63,960 bases of DNA, filler included, from Syncephalis fuscata S228 (GCA_025786725.1; 5 parts of 5 records of this genome joined end to end with filler, not necessarily neighbours in it), one strand, 5' to 3'. Shown: positions 50,435 through 63,619, counted from the first letter of the whole stretch. The notes: generated from the letters alone by a model not told the origin. A program made the numbers and translations.

Positions 50435-53400
50435 TGTGTCCTCTATTGATACTGATGAGAGTGGCGGTGGCGATGGCGGTGGTAGCAACAATGATGGTGG
50501 CGGCGAAGAACGTTCCGGCTCTAGTGCATCAATAGCATCAGCAATTGTAGCTGTTGTAGGCAGTGCTGATCTTGAACTGGCAAAACATCGCTCACACACT
50601 CGTACTCCATTAAATACTAAATATTATACATCATTTATTCATATTAGTATTTATCATATTGGTTGCATATATTTTTTATCGACTACTATTACTCACTCTT
50701 ACGCCAAGTAGGTGATGCATCGGTCCAACAATAAGAACAACGAGTTACACGTGCAAATCGAACACCTCGCATGCCCGTCCAATGTTTACGTTCTATTAAA
50801 CATGTTAGCAACTAGCCAACTATCATAGCAATAGCTTAATTATCATACGTTTTTTAACAGGATTGGGTGTATTGTTGGCAATAATGGTTTGATTAACGAT
50901 CATATCCTTGCCTAAGTAAATGATACAATTCCGGTTATTAAAAGTACTATTTATTTAATTGTTACTTACTTTTACCCGTAAAGACATTTGATTTATGTTC
51001 ATGATTCCATGGATCGGTCTCAGAAGTAAAGCACTATAATGGTAATAGCAATAGAATAATCATTTAATCCATTCTTATTTACACTATTAGCCATTAATTA
51101 CCTTGCTACATAAGTCATAAGTTTGAAAAAAGTCTTCACACTTTGTACAGCTGAACCACGTATCATCAAGTTGTGCATCACATCGATTACATGAAAATAT
51201 ATCAATATAAGTATCTAATAATAGAAATTATTAAGTAATATAAATAGTGGCAATGTCTTTAACTCACCAAATTTGTGATTTTTTACTTCATGTTGCGGAC
51301 ACCAAAAGACAATGCCTTGACGGAAATTTTCAATTGGTTTGCCCGTGCAACCTAAATGGAAACTTCTACGACATTTTGGTTCAAAACAACCAATAGTTGC
51401 ACCACGTTCTTGACAGCCAATACAGCGCTAAATATATCATATATATAATTTAGATAACCATGTATTAATACATATATACATGTATACAAAATACTTACCA
51501 ATTTCTTGCCACGCCGTACAGCAGCTGTTACATTATACCAAGTACCATCTAAAGCAACGTGTACTTCAGGTGAGAACCGAGCACAAGCATCGTGAACCCA
51601 AAAACGTTGACGAGCTAATTAAATAAAATTGATATTCAGCAAGAGCAACGCAAACAACAATAATGACTTACCAGTTACTGCTTTAAGTAGTTCAGTATCC
51701 ATAGCTGCTATTGTAATAGCAGTACTATCTTCATTGGCCGGTAATGGTGCCATTAGATCTGAATGTAAATGACCTTGATGCTGCTGCTTATGACGACGTT
51801 GAGCTGATGAAAGTGTACGTATAGTTCTTTTCGACACTGTTTGTGGATCTTGCATAAGGAATGGATACGGACCAATGAAATCACCTAATTCACCACCTGT
51901 TTCATCATCATTACAAAGGGCACATCGACGCCGTTTTGACCATCGTTCAAGAAATGCGTATCCTGTATCTGCCTCGGCTAAAGATGCTTTGACTGTTACA
52001 TTTATTGGTTCTACTGCAGTAATAGCCGACGCTGTTGTCGCTGTTGTAGTTGATATGCCATCTCGACCACAAGCTGCACTAAATTCTTCAAGTGTCTTTG
52101 TAGCATCCAGTAAGTCGGTCTTTGGATTGAATGTATAATCAAATAGATCAAGTTCGTAGCGTACAGCCAATTCACGCGTTGTTTTAACTGAAGTAATACT
52201 TGATTCATCTAATACACACTGTTCGGCAAATGAAGATCGAGGATGTTGATGATGCCAAGGAAAGAAATTGGTAAAGCAACTGATAATATGTAATAAATGG
52301 GTGATTGTATCTAACTTAGTACTAATAAAGTGATAAATAAAGACGTAACCTACTTGATACAAAGTTCAAAACTAGAATATGTTTTATCTTGAGAAGGAAT
52401 TTCGCAATACGTACAATAATAACTATAATAATAGGCAATATTAATAAATATATAAAATATATAAAATATTATTAATACTTACCGGAATTGTCTAATGACC
52501 ATACGACATTGATCACAATAAAGTAACCACGATTCTCCCTCTAATCATCAGTATAATTTTGTATTAATTACTATTACTGTTATTATGGTTACATCACAAA
52601 TTAAACTAATTACCTTCATTGGCCATATCCTCTCGAAAATATTCAATTTCAGTTGGTTCTTCGGTGTTTTCCTGTTTAACCGGTAATCCATGATGATGAT
52701 GTTTTTTACGCGATATCTTTATTGACTTAGTTGATCGTGGAGATCTTGTATTTGTGTGGTCATAATTAATCATATCCATTCGTGTCTTTTTACCCAGATT
52801 ATCTAAATCTAATTTATCAAATGACTATTATTATAGTATATTTCAATGTAATGATTCGTTAGTTACTAATAAGTTAATTGGCACAATTAGCACTTACTGC
52901 TTGATTGAGGGCCCATGGCGGTAGTAAAACGCGCCGTTTGCCACGAAGTCCTGTAGCAAATAATGGCTCACAGCCTGGACATAGTACAGTCGATCCAATA
53001 ATTCTAAATTGTAGATCAGGATCTATAGTATCCGGTGCCTCAGTACGGCAAGATTCACAGCAAACGCGTTTCGATTCAAGTGCTGAATTCTCTGCAGCAA
53101 CTGATGCCATATCTTCTATTTCTGAAGAATGCCCCTTATACTCATCGTCGCCTTCTTCTTCTTCTTCCTCCTCTTCCTCCTCTTCCTCGTCTTCCGCCTC
53201 CTCATCTCCACCGTTAAACTTTGAATTAAAAAAAGCATTCAAGCCATTAACTGACGTATTTGCAACACTTAGTCGAGCTCGTTTCTTTTTACGAGACGTT
53301 TTTTGGCTTCGTTTACGGGATACACGTGCAGCTGGCTAATAAACAGTTATAACATTAATTAAAAGTTAACAAATCTATTGTTTTATTACTTACATCTGAA

Positions 53401-54562
53401 TCATGTTGTTTTATACGACTAGCCAGTAGCTTTGTTTGCGTTGCAGCTCTTGAGAGAAATAAGGGCACACAATTAATACACACCATTAATTGGCCAATAT
53501 GTACAAGTGCATGCCCTTTGACTGCATCACCACAACACTCGCATAGTGGATCATTAATGGTAGGTTTTGGATTTAATGATACAATCGATGTTGTAATTTC
53601 ATTAGAAAGTGTAGCCTCTATAGTTAAAGGTACATCATTGGCGAGTACTATTTCTGATGATGACTTTTTGGGTGTATTCTTTAAAACCGTACTATTTACT
53701 TTTAAAGTAATTGGTGTTTTTTGAGTTGAGTTACCATCAGTAATAGGCGCAGTACGAGCAGTACGACCACGACAATTAAAAACAAGTGCACAGGCTGGAC
53801 ATACCATTAACTGTCCAACATGGCGTAATCCATGTACAGCTATACAGCCACAACTCTCACAAGGTAATCGTTGTTGTTGCTGCTGCTGTTGCTGTTGATG
53901 TTTCTGTGTCACTGCTGCTGCTGCTGCTGCTGCTGTTGTTGTTGTTGTTGCTGTTGCTGTTGTAGAAGTTTTAATATCCAAACTTGATCCATTTAACGGC
54001 TGTTTAACTTCAGATCGTCGACTTCGACTTTTAACTTGATGATTCATCAACGATGATGGCTGTCGCTTTTTAGTCGCTATACTATTTACTGTAGATGTCG
54101 TTTTATGGTGCTTTAACGAGCGCGATGTTGCTAATTTGGTACGATCAGGCACATCGGATGTCAGTAATAATGTAGAATCTGACGTGCCATTACTAGGTGA
54201 CCGTATATCTGCCGTAATACGTGATCTAAATAAAGGAACACAGGATAAACAAACCCATAGCTGTCCTACACGGCGCATTGCAGTTAATAGAGCTTGAGAT
54301 GAGCACGAGTCGCAGCTACGAGTCTTTTTTAATTTATCAAATGACTTTAAGTTAGATGGAGCCGTTGCTGGTATTAATATATTAGAAGGTAGTTCTGTAT
54401 TTGTTAGTGCTGTCGATTCATCTAATGCTGTAATAGTAGTTGGCACATTTGGCGCATCTGATGGTACTTCCAATGGTGGAACATTATTGGGTAATAAATT
54501 ATTTGTAATATCATTAATAATAATACCATTATTAATATTTGTATTTGTATTATTATTATTAT

Positions 54563-54600
<38 letters not shown>

Positions 54601-56133
54601 TTGGTGGTGGTTTTAGTAGTTTTAACTGTTGTAGTTATTTCGATAGACTTTTCGTTACTTAATAAAAAATCATTTAAATCATTATGATTACTTTTAGAAA
54701 CTGTGGTATTAGACTTTGTTGATTTCTAAATAAATACTTATTGTTAGACACTTTGACACAATAACTAACTAGCTTACCGGTACTGGTGTTGGCTTTTGTG
54801 CCACACGTCGATGTAAACTTCCACTAGCTCGAAAGACCGATTCACAAGTACTGCAAACATGTATTTCTTTGCCTATCACTATTAGAGGCGTATCAAATAC
54901 ACGATAACAAGATGTACACTCTTTCGATGGATTATCTATTAGTGTCGATTTATCTGGTTGTATCGAATTAAAAGTTATATGACCATTTGGAATGCTCTCT
55001 TTAGACGCTTCCTTTTCCTTGCGTGCTGTTACTGTTACTGCTGTTGCCGTCGTTGTTATTGCTTTAACGGCTTTTGATATTACCACCGGTGTTATCGATT
55101 TAGATATTAGCGGATCATTTATCGGTAAATCTACTATTTTGCTATCCATCTTTACTGCTTTATCGATGGGAGCGGTTTTGGTGTTTCGTTGGGAATTTGG
55201 CGATTTTACCGTGATTGATTTCTATATTACTCGATTAGATTTATCTTATCGCTGTGATTCTATTTTAATACCTTTTTAGTCGCACTTTTAGTTGGACTAG
55301 TGATGATAGCAGATTTTGCTACAGTAGTGGCAGTTGAACGTGATCGGAACATTGGCTCACAGGCACGGCATACTTTTATACCGCCTGCTACGTGTATTAA
55401 ACGAGAATTAGTTGTTTCGAGTACATTGCAAGAAGCACACACTGTTCCAGTATTATTTTTAGAGCTTATAGACGTAGTTATTTCTGTTGATGCAATAGAT
55501 TCAGTGCTTTTTGTAGAAGTAGCTGGTGCTGGTGTTTCATTACTTGCTAAAAGTTTTACAGCAGATGTATCATCCTCAGCTGTCGTTTTCTCCGCCCCAA
55601 TTGACGTCTTCTCATAACTATTCAAAGTTGGTCATTTGTAGCGGTAGATATTATATCAGCCATTTCAATGGTGTTGGTGAAGCAGCCATTGAATTGAATA
55701 TCAACGACTGTGACAGTGCTGTATCCTGTGCAACGCTACTTTTAGAACTATTGCACATCTCAATTGGTCGATCACTTGGCTTTGAAGAAGAATACTTTAA
55801 TGGCTGTTTCGATGATCGACGTGTAGGCTGTCGCTTTTTATTGCTTGGTGTTGACGCAATTGGTGCAGCAATATTCGTTGTTGCCGATGGCCGTTGCGAT
55901 GAACGCGCCCGTCTATCAGTGGTATGAATGGCAAATGTGCCATAACAAGAATTACATAGCCGAATAGCACCTAATAAACGCAGTGACTTTACAGTACCAA
56001 CGACATTGCATGAGCCGCACTGTAAGTCTAAACTACTTTGGTCGTTATCATTCGTCGAGGCCGGTTCGTTGACTTGGTTGGCATTAGACGGCAGCCTCCC
56101 GTTTACCTCTGGTACACTACCCGTAAACTCCAT
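50435..56133 (-). CDS. Large multi-zinc-finger nuclear protein: 7 GATA-like Cys4 repeats, ZZ, extended PHD (HC5HC2H), ZZ, GATA finger; 3' end in gap
   Basis: ZZ: YCDQCRMVI..YCTYC..FELC..CF..HQH. ePHD: CALC..WVHDACARFSPEV..CIGCQERGATIGC....C..SFHLGC..WCPQH. Second ZZ: CNRC..WFSCTKC..YDLCSKCF..HEH. GATA: CSYCWTDASPTWRKIFNGVRVCERC. Confidence 0.75.
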
Positions 56134-57136
56134 GGCCTTCCACCGTCAATACACGACCGCACAACAAATAACTTTTTAGTGCACGTTTTAATAATGCTAA
56201 ATTTCTTTCCTATTCATGAAATAATGGTTGGCGATATACTAATATAACCTCACCGTTGACTACTAAGTCCACTCGATGTGTTAGATACCCGTTTGCTAAA
56301 TATAAATAAGCCAAATGCAATAGCAGCTGCAATGATAAGAATTGCCGATTCCACACTACAAAGTATCGGAAGAGAAGGCGCTCCCCATACTGGCCGACAC
56401 AGGCAATCCTGTCAGCAGAATTTGGGCAATTTTCTCTGTATGGAAATGATGAAAAACGAATGAAAATGCCGCTGCTGCTTTCTATTTTTGGTATCACAAA
56501 TTGTTGAAAAAATTCGTAGTAATTAGTGCACACACATTTTTACATATATTTTGCAATAAGCTTTTACAGCAGCTTTTACATATAATTTACTCAATTTACT
56601 CAATTAATTTAACAAAGCTTATTTTATTGATTGATTATATTAAATTTTAATGCATTTTTAATTAGAATTACCCACACCTAATAACGATATTTTGCATTAA
56701 AATAACGTCATCACATGTTAACTATTACCATAGAAGGAATTAGACTAAACGAGTAGCAGGAAACTTCTTTATCATCCATGAAGATATGCCACGATTACAA
56801 ATGCATTAATATCGGCAATGGCCGCTTTGCTTCTTCCTTGCATATTGCAGTATAGTTTATGTTCACATGCCAATAAATTACCTATCCGCTGTTGTTATCC
56901 GAATTACTCGGAGTGACTTCCGAAAACTAGCCCTTTAAATTGGACTGGCATGAAACTAGCGCTTATCGTTGCGTAGTAACAACTCACATGCTTTTTCTTC
57001 GCTATAAAACAGCCTCTGTTTTTCATTGTTACTACGACTAGCGAGTAGCTGACTATTGCCACACAACGTTTTATTTGAAGTTCAACTTGCGCCAATTGGC
57101 CCACTTTAGCTTTCTCTAATAGCCAGTGAGCCCGCC

Positions 57137-57885
57137 ATGAATCGTACTCCTTCGCCAAGCTCGAGCCATAGTATCGAGGATCTGCTTAATACCGACTTTA
57201 TTGAGCTAAATGCTTTACTTACTCACTATGACGAACTAACTGCCACACTCCGTCCTTCAGAAGAGTATTATCGCCATCGCCAGCAGTGTATCAATGAACT
57301 CGTACGTCTAACGAGTATTCACTGGTTTGTAAGCGAGACCGTATTGCTTCCTGCCTTGGAAGGCGTTCTGAACGAGGATCAAATAGCAATTACCCGTCGT
57401 TGGTTAGTTAAGGCTCGTACAGATCTATTAGAGTTAAGTGAAATGGACGTTGATGATGCCGGCTATTTAGAAGCTTTAAATATGATTCGGCGAGTAAGTA
57501 TTGAATTGGACAAGTATTTAGTATTGCATTAACTAGTAGTAACTGTTATTTGTATATAGCATTTAAATATCAGTCACGATAAAGAGGTTGAATGGATTGA
57601 AATGTTAACAAGCTCAAGAAATGCTATCGGATTGGCCGAACTTGCCGATCAAGCAATGTCTGCACGTGCACTTGCACCAACAAGACCGCATCCAAATCTA
57701 CCAGATGGATCCACTACCGCTGGTAAAATAGGTATGTAACCTAGGAATAAACATTAATTCAAGCAGCTTATTTTTATTTAATTAAAGCTACCACGGTAAT
57801 GGCTTCTGTAGACCGTATTCGCGATTTTGGCCGTGAATTCGATCGTACAGCACATCGTCAATCGCCTTTGCCACAAGTCGATTAA
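57137..57885 (+). CDS. Hemerythrin/HHE-domain-like protein (degenerate)
   Basis: Three exons; ELVRLTSIHWFVSETVLLPALE, the APTRPHP motif and DRIRD typical of fungal/actinobacterial HHE proteins. Confidence 0.75.
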
Positions 57886-58032
57886 ATATGCCATGGTATC
57901 ATTCGTCTAGTGCTACTTGATTGTTATTTTTTGAATTAGAAATCGTCCATTTATAAATTTAGTAAACTATAAGATATTTTTATAAAAGTTGCCGAAATGT
58001 TTATTTTGTGTAATTCACTACTAAAGTAGTAT

Positions 58033-59166
58033 TTAATCAATCTTTAATAAAATCTTGCCTGTTGAGTTGCGTCCTTCGAGAAAATCGTGTGCTTCGGCTG
58101 CCTTTTCCAAAGGATATTCAGCGCAAACAGGCACCTTCAGCTCACCGTTTGCAATAGCAGAGAACATAGGTATGGCCAATGCAGCAAACTCCTCTTTGGT
58201 TGTAATATATTGGAATAAAGTAGTGCGCATCAATTTGTAATTGCCTTTGGCCAGTCGAAGTACATCAACAGGCGGCACTGGTCCACTGGCATTGCCAAAG
58301 GTAATCAAAGTGCCCAAACGACGCAAACTATTCAAACTAAGGTCAAAAGTGCGTTTACCAACACCATCAAGTGCTGCGTGGACACCTTGGCCGTTGGTGG
58401 CAGCCATAATATCATTAAGTAGACGCGCATCAACGGCAGCCTCGTCTGCTTCACCTGGCTGTTTCGAATAATTCAACACAATGTCAGCACCATCACCGCG
58501 GGCTATCGCAGCCTTCTCTTCCGTTGAGACCGTGCCAATAACATGAGCACCAACGCGTTTGCACAGTCGAACAAGCCAGCGACCAGTGCCACCAGCCGCA
58601 GCATGAATAAGCACCCAGTCTCCAGCTTGAACTGGATATGCCAAGGTAACCATAGACCATGCCGTCAAGCCTTGCAATAGCGCAGCAGCAGCAGTATTCC
58701 ACGATACATTGTCTGGAAGCTGGGCCGTAGTCATGGCGGGTGCTACAGCGTATTCGGCATAGCTCGATCCGCCAATATAAGCTACTCGGTCACCGGTTTT
58801 GAAGCCAATAACGCCATCGCCTACAGCTACAACTTCACCGGCTCCTTCACGGCCGAGTACAGTTGGAAGCTGCAGCTTGTACAGGCCCGATCGATGGTAT
58901 GTGTCAATAAAATTGACACCGGCAGCATGATTGCGTATGAGTAGTTGTCCTGGAGCCGCGGTCGGACGTGGCACTGTGGTATATTCAAGAACCTCAGAGC
59001 CGCCATTGCGCTGGATTTGTATGGCCTTCATGGTTTCAGACATTTTTACAGTAGTGCTGAAATAGGATGCAGCGCGAAAATTGTGCGTACGTATGTGTGG
59101 AGATCTCACAAGAGCAAAAGTGGATAGTGGTCGACAAAGCGAATACAAATTGGTGCGGAAAAACAT
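58033..59166 (-). CDS. NADPH:quinone oxidoreductase (zeta-crystallin/Zta1/Qor family)
   Basis: GVNFIDTYHRSGLY, LGREGAG, LLQGLTA, HAAAGGTG, DGVGK, FGNASG, STGKILL. Confidence 0.95.
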   Translation of the reverse strand: MFFRTNLYSLCRPLSTFALVRSPHIRTHNFRAASYFSTTVKMSETMKAIQIQRNGGSEVLEYTTVPRPTAAPGQLLIRNHAAGVNFIDTYHRSGLYKLQLPTVLGREGAGEVVAVGDGVIGFKTGDRVAYIGGSSYAEYAVAPAMTTAQLPDNVSWNTAAAALLQGLTAWSMVTLAYPVQAGDWVLIHAAAGGTGRWLVRLCKRVGAHVIGTVSTEEKAAIARGDGADIVLNYSKQPGEADEAAVDARLLNDIMAATNGQGVHAALDGVGKRTFDLSLNSLRRLGTLITFGNASGPVPPVDVLRLAKGNYKLMRTTLFQYITTKEEFAALAIPMFSAIANGELKVPVCAEYPLEKAAEAHDFLEGRNSTGKILLKID

Positions 59167-60188
59167 ATTGACACACGAGTAAAACGGGTATATATATATA
59201 TATGAAAGATATTACTAATAGTGAAGCGCGATATTTATAGGTGATGACGATTCAGTATAAATTTGTAGCACATTAAAGTTATGGCACAGATAATACATCC
59301 ATACAGTTGTTTACTAATACCAATCTAAAAATAACTTATTGCAAGTGTATTCAACACTCACACAGGCAAGCGCGTACTTGTAATTAATAATTTAGTAAAG
59401 CCACTTACTAATTTACTGTATTAATATTATTGTAAAGTTTCTATTATTTCCACTGAGCCATTGTACTTTGACTCTCTATTCTTAAACTGGGGACAAAAAT
59501 ATTCATAACTCAAATAAACCATCAATCATTTTTAATACAAAGAATTAATTATTGAAGCAGTGTCATATCAACTCCAATTGAATTAATCAAAGTCTTAATT
59601 AATCAGCACAATTTTCAATATTCGATATCAGTGTTAATAAATGTTAAATAGCATCTCACGTTACTTACAATAAAATGTTACGTTTAATTATAATGTTGAT
59701 GCAATAGTGTTGGTTTGATTTTTTATGATAATAGGTGGTAAGAAACCAGAAGGTCTTGGTTTACCACTGGCATTGTACTGAATATACTTGCATGTTTCTG
59801 CTGGCATTAACATTGCACTATTTATTCATTCATATAAACCATTGGTCTATTGCTTCATCGTCTAAAATATGATTATATTTCCTTATTTTAATAATGACAC
59901 CTTTTATAGCTACACTTGTCTTTAAAAACATTGGCTTTGATTTTATTTCCTATTACACTCAGTAATTTATTGGTAGTATGTTCTATAACAAAGCCTTTTA
60001 TTTGTATATTACCATACAAAGTATCAAAAACCGAGACTAAATAATGTGCTTATTGATTATAATACAGCTATATATCTTGTGTATCTTTGATATAGTAAAC
60101 GACGCAAGTAGTAATTCAAGCGGGCTAAACACCTTAAGTAATTTCAAAGCAATATAAAAATTAACGCAAAAGTGTCGTTGCAAGTTAA

Positions 60189-60288
60189 NNNNNNNNNNNN
60201 NNNNNNNNNNNNNNNNNNNNNNNNNNNNNNNNTTAATTAATTAANNNNNNNNNNNNNNNNNNNNNNNNNNNNNNNNNNNNNNNNNNNN
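60189..60288. other. Artificial contig spacer
   Basis: N44-TTAATTAATTAA-N44. Confidence 0.97.
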
Positions 60289-62399
60289 GTTGTAAATCAG
60301 GCCGTCTGGATAATGAATCGGCTACAATATTGTTTTTCCCGGGCTTATATTCGATCAATACGTCATATTCTTGTAATAGTTCTGACCATCTTGCTTGTCT
60401 GGTTGATAAATTCGGTTGACTCTGGAAGTACTGCAAGGTTTTGGTCAGTATACGCGTGAAATGACGATCCATGTAAGTAGTGGCGCCAAATCTTTAAAGC
60501 ATCTATTAATGCTAATAGTTCTTGTTCATGTACCGGATAATTGCGTTCAGCGGGCTTCATTTTGCGCGAATGATAAGCAATGGGGTGCCAATGGCCATCA
60601 CGATCTTGCTGCAACAAGGCAGCACCTACAGCAAAGCCAGAAGCATCGGTTTCTACACGGAAAGGCTGATGTACGTCGACTATTTGTAATACTGGAGCTT
60701 GGGTCATTGTCTTCTTTAGTATATCAAATGATTTTTGAGCTTCAATGGTCCATAAGAAACGACGATCTTGACATAGTAGATCGGTAAGTGGTGTGGCTAT
60801 AGCAGAGTAATTTTTAATAAACTTTCTATAGTAGTTGGCCAAGCCTGTAAAAGCGCGTATATCAGTGACGTTTCGTGGTGTAGGCCAATCAGAAATGGCC
60901 TTTATCTTAGCTGGATCAGCTTTTACACCATTAGCACATAGCAAATGGCCTAAATATTCAACTTCATCCTTAAATAATTCACATTTTGACCATTTGGCGT
61001 ATAAGTGGTTGTCGCGAAGTATTTGTAATACTTGGCGTAGGTGTCGTTCGTGGTCTTCTGGTGTTTTACTGTAGATGAGAATATCGTCCAAATAGACAAT
61101 AACACATTTGTCTAGTAATGGCCTAAATAGATAGTTTACCAGTGTTTGAAAACTGGATGGTGCATTACTTTGACCAAAACTAACTACTAGCCATTCAAAG
61201 TGACCATAGCGGGTGCGAAAGGCCGTCTTGGGTATATCCTCTTCTACTACACGTAGTTGATGATAAGCAGAGCGTAGATCTATCTTAGAAAAGACAGTTG
61301 CGCCTAACACTTGGTCGAATAAATCTTCAATCCTTGGCAATGGGTACTTGTTCTTGATAGTGATTTTATTCAGCGCTCGATAATCAACACACATGCGCAT
61401 ACCACCATCTTTCTTCTTGACGAAAAGAACAGGCGCACCGTAGGGCGATATACTAGGACGAATATATCCCGCGTCAAGTAATTCGGTAAGTTGTGTTTTA
61501 AGTTCTTTAAGTTCCAGAGGGGACAATCGGTATAAGGCGTTACTGGGTGGTGTTGCGCCTGGTATCAAATCGATACGATGATCTAATCCATCACGTTTTG
61601 GCGGCAATTGTTTCGGTAGTTTGTCGGGAAATACGTCAGCAAAGTCGTTGCGTAATCCAGTCAATACTGGAGTGATGGATGGGTCATTTGAGTGATTAGC
61701 AGCTTCATTTAGCGGATTATCGGCTGGTCGTACAATGGCTAGGTGTAATTCATCTGTTCGTTTAGCATAGCGTTTAAATTGTAAGGCAGATAATGGCAAT
61801 ATGGTTGGTTGTCTATGTGCATTTGCTTGCCATACAATGTGTCGATTATCATGCATAAACGTAACAGTGTTAATTAACCAATCTATCTGTGGATTATAGC
61901 GGGCTAGCCACGGTTTACCGAGTATTACGTCGTGTTCTAAAGGAACAACCAAAAACGATAAACGGTCTTTGTAACCAGTGGAAGTAAGGAGCGCACCAGC
62001 CAGTTGGCGGTCACACGTATACGAACGGCCATCTGCCACGTGTACGGTCGATGGGTATTTAACTTTATGGGTGTGTGCGCGAATATGTTTCACAAGATTT
62101 GCGGATACAAAGTTATCAGCTGCTCCACTATCTATTAGTACCGTAACTTTTCTACCTAATAAACGAGCATTGATACGTAATAAATCGTGAGCGTGTGGAT
62201 ATTTTGACAATAAACTTTGTTCCTTTAAAAGTGCATCAGTGTCATCAACAACATTAGCATGAGGAAATAATGGCGCAGAAACAAGCAATTCATCATCAGA
62301 AGTAAGCGAGAGAAGATCGGGGGTGGCATCAACAGAAATAGTATTTAGTTGGGCACCAGTAGGTTGTGATGCTGACACTACTGGTGCTGGACTTTTCCC
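60289..62399 (-). CDS. pol: Pol polyprotein (protease, RT, RNase H), -1 frame relative to gag
   Basis: [35 protein letters not shown] 1-nt deletion at ~60443 shifts the TDHK motif. Confidence 0.93.
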
Positions 62400-63562
62400 G
62401 TATTCAAAGGACAAAAACGCATGATGTGGCCATATTGGCGACAGCGGAAACAGCCGCCGTTTTGTCGTAACGTTTCGCGTTCAGCATCAGTGAGTGGAGG
62501 TAACCGATTAATGGTGTCTAGTTCCATTGGTATAGGGCCATTTCTTGGTTGTGTGTTAATCGGAGGGCGAAACTGTTGTTGTTGCGTTGGACGAGGTGTG
62601 TTATGGCGAACGTTGTTAGTTGCTGATTTGCCAATGTACTTGCGTAACGAATCAAAATGAGTAGCCACTTCTATGGCTGATTGTAATGTAGACGGTGTAG
62701 CTTTTTGTACTTCGTATTTAACTTCGTGATTCAGTCCATTAATAAACATAATACGTAAAGCTAACTGCCACATTTCGGAATCAGGCATAGGAAAAGTGTG
62801 TCTTAAATTGTTAAATTCTAACGTATAATCATTGACACTTTTGTTGGCTTGTCGTAACATGTGAAGACGACTAAAAGCGTCTTCTTCTACCGAAGTACCG
62901 GGACAGATGTGTTGGCGTAGTGCGTGAGCAAACGTACTCCAAGTGGTATATGGATGACTATAGTCACCGTCAGAGTGAATAGTATTACTCTGCCACCAAC
63001 TAGAGGCAGTGCCATCTAAATAAGTGGCGGCTACTTCGATGCGTTCAATTTCATCAGGGATATACCTGACATATTGCCGTGCACGGTACAACCAAGTCTC
63101 TACTGAAATATCCTTATCATTGCCGTTGTATCGTGGCGGGGCAGATGGACGAGCAGTAGGAGGGGCAGTGACAGAAGTAGATGGAATAGCGGCAATAGCA
63201 GCGGCAGTATTGGCAGCGGCAGTAACAACAGCATCGGCAGTAGCAGCATTATTTTGGGACACAATTTGCGTTACTAAACTTGAAATAAAGTCAGCGTTGG
63301 TAACGAAACTTGTGTTAGGCAATTCTGGGTTCATAATGGGTGTTATTTCTTCTTGAGTATCAGTAGTGTATTCGTTCGTGTGGCTTGTGATCGGTGGTTC
63401 GTACTGGGTATCGGTGTATTCGTTCGTGTAGCTTGTGATCGGTGGTTCGTACTGGTTATCTGGGTGTCGAAAGGTCACTGGTGGATCTTGGATGAGTTCG
63501 TCGGCGAAAGATTGACGGGCTTGTTCGTGGTCGAAGTATTTCGCACCACGTCGTTGGTTCAT
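62378..63562 (-). CDS. gag: Retrotransposon Gag
   Basis: [13 protein letters not shown]...[24 protein letters not shown]. Confidence 0.93.
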   Translation of the reverse strand: MNQRRGAKYFDHEQARQSFADELIQDPPVTFRHPDNQYEPPITSYTNEYTDTQYEPPITSHTNEYTTDTQEEITPIMNPELPNTSFVTNADFISSLVTQIVSQNNAATADAVVTAAANTAAAIAAIPSTSVTAPPTARPSAPPRYNGNDKDISVETWLYRARQYVRYIPDEIERIEVAATYLDGTASSWWQSNTIHSDGDYSHPYTTWSTFAHALRQHICPGTSVEEDAFSRLHMLRQANKSVNDYTLEFNNLRHTFPMPDSEMWQLALRIMFINGLNHEVKYEVQKATPSTLQSAIEVATHFDSLRKYIGKSATNNVRHNTPRPTQQQQFRPPINTQPRNGPIPMELDTINRLPPLTDAERETLRQNGGCFRCRQYGHIMRFCPLNTGKVQHQ

Positions 63563-63598
63563 ATCACTGTAAGTCAAGGCAACGAGGTGGATAGGTTT

Positions 63599-63617
63599 AA
63601 ACTACCCGTTGCTACCA
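63599..63617 (-). promoter_or_regulatory. Primer-binding site, probably initiator tRNA-Met
   Basis: TGGTAGCAACGGGTAGTTT begins 2 nt after the LTR end; TGGTAGC matches the 3' end of eukaryotic tRNAiMet. Confidence 0.75.
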
Positions 63618-63619
63618 TA

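Noticed and set aside
54487-54687. Hydrophobic poly-Val membrane peptide ORF
   Set aside because: Antisense reading of the (ACT)n/(AAT)n poly-Thr/Asn tract in the zinc-finger gene.
58033-59166. Horizontal transfer of intronless Qor (also acyl-CoA oxidase)
   Set aside because: Both families are native to fungi and carry eukaryotic targeting signals; lack of introns alone is insufficient without a phylogeny.
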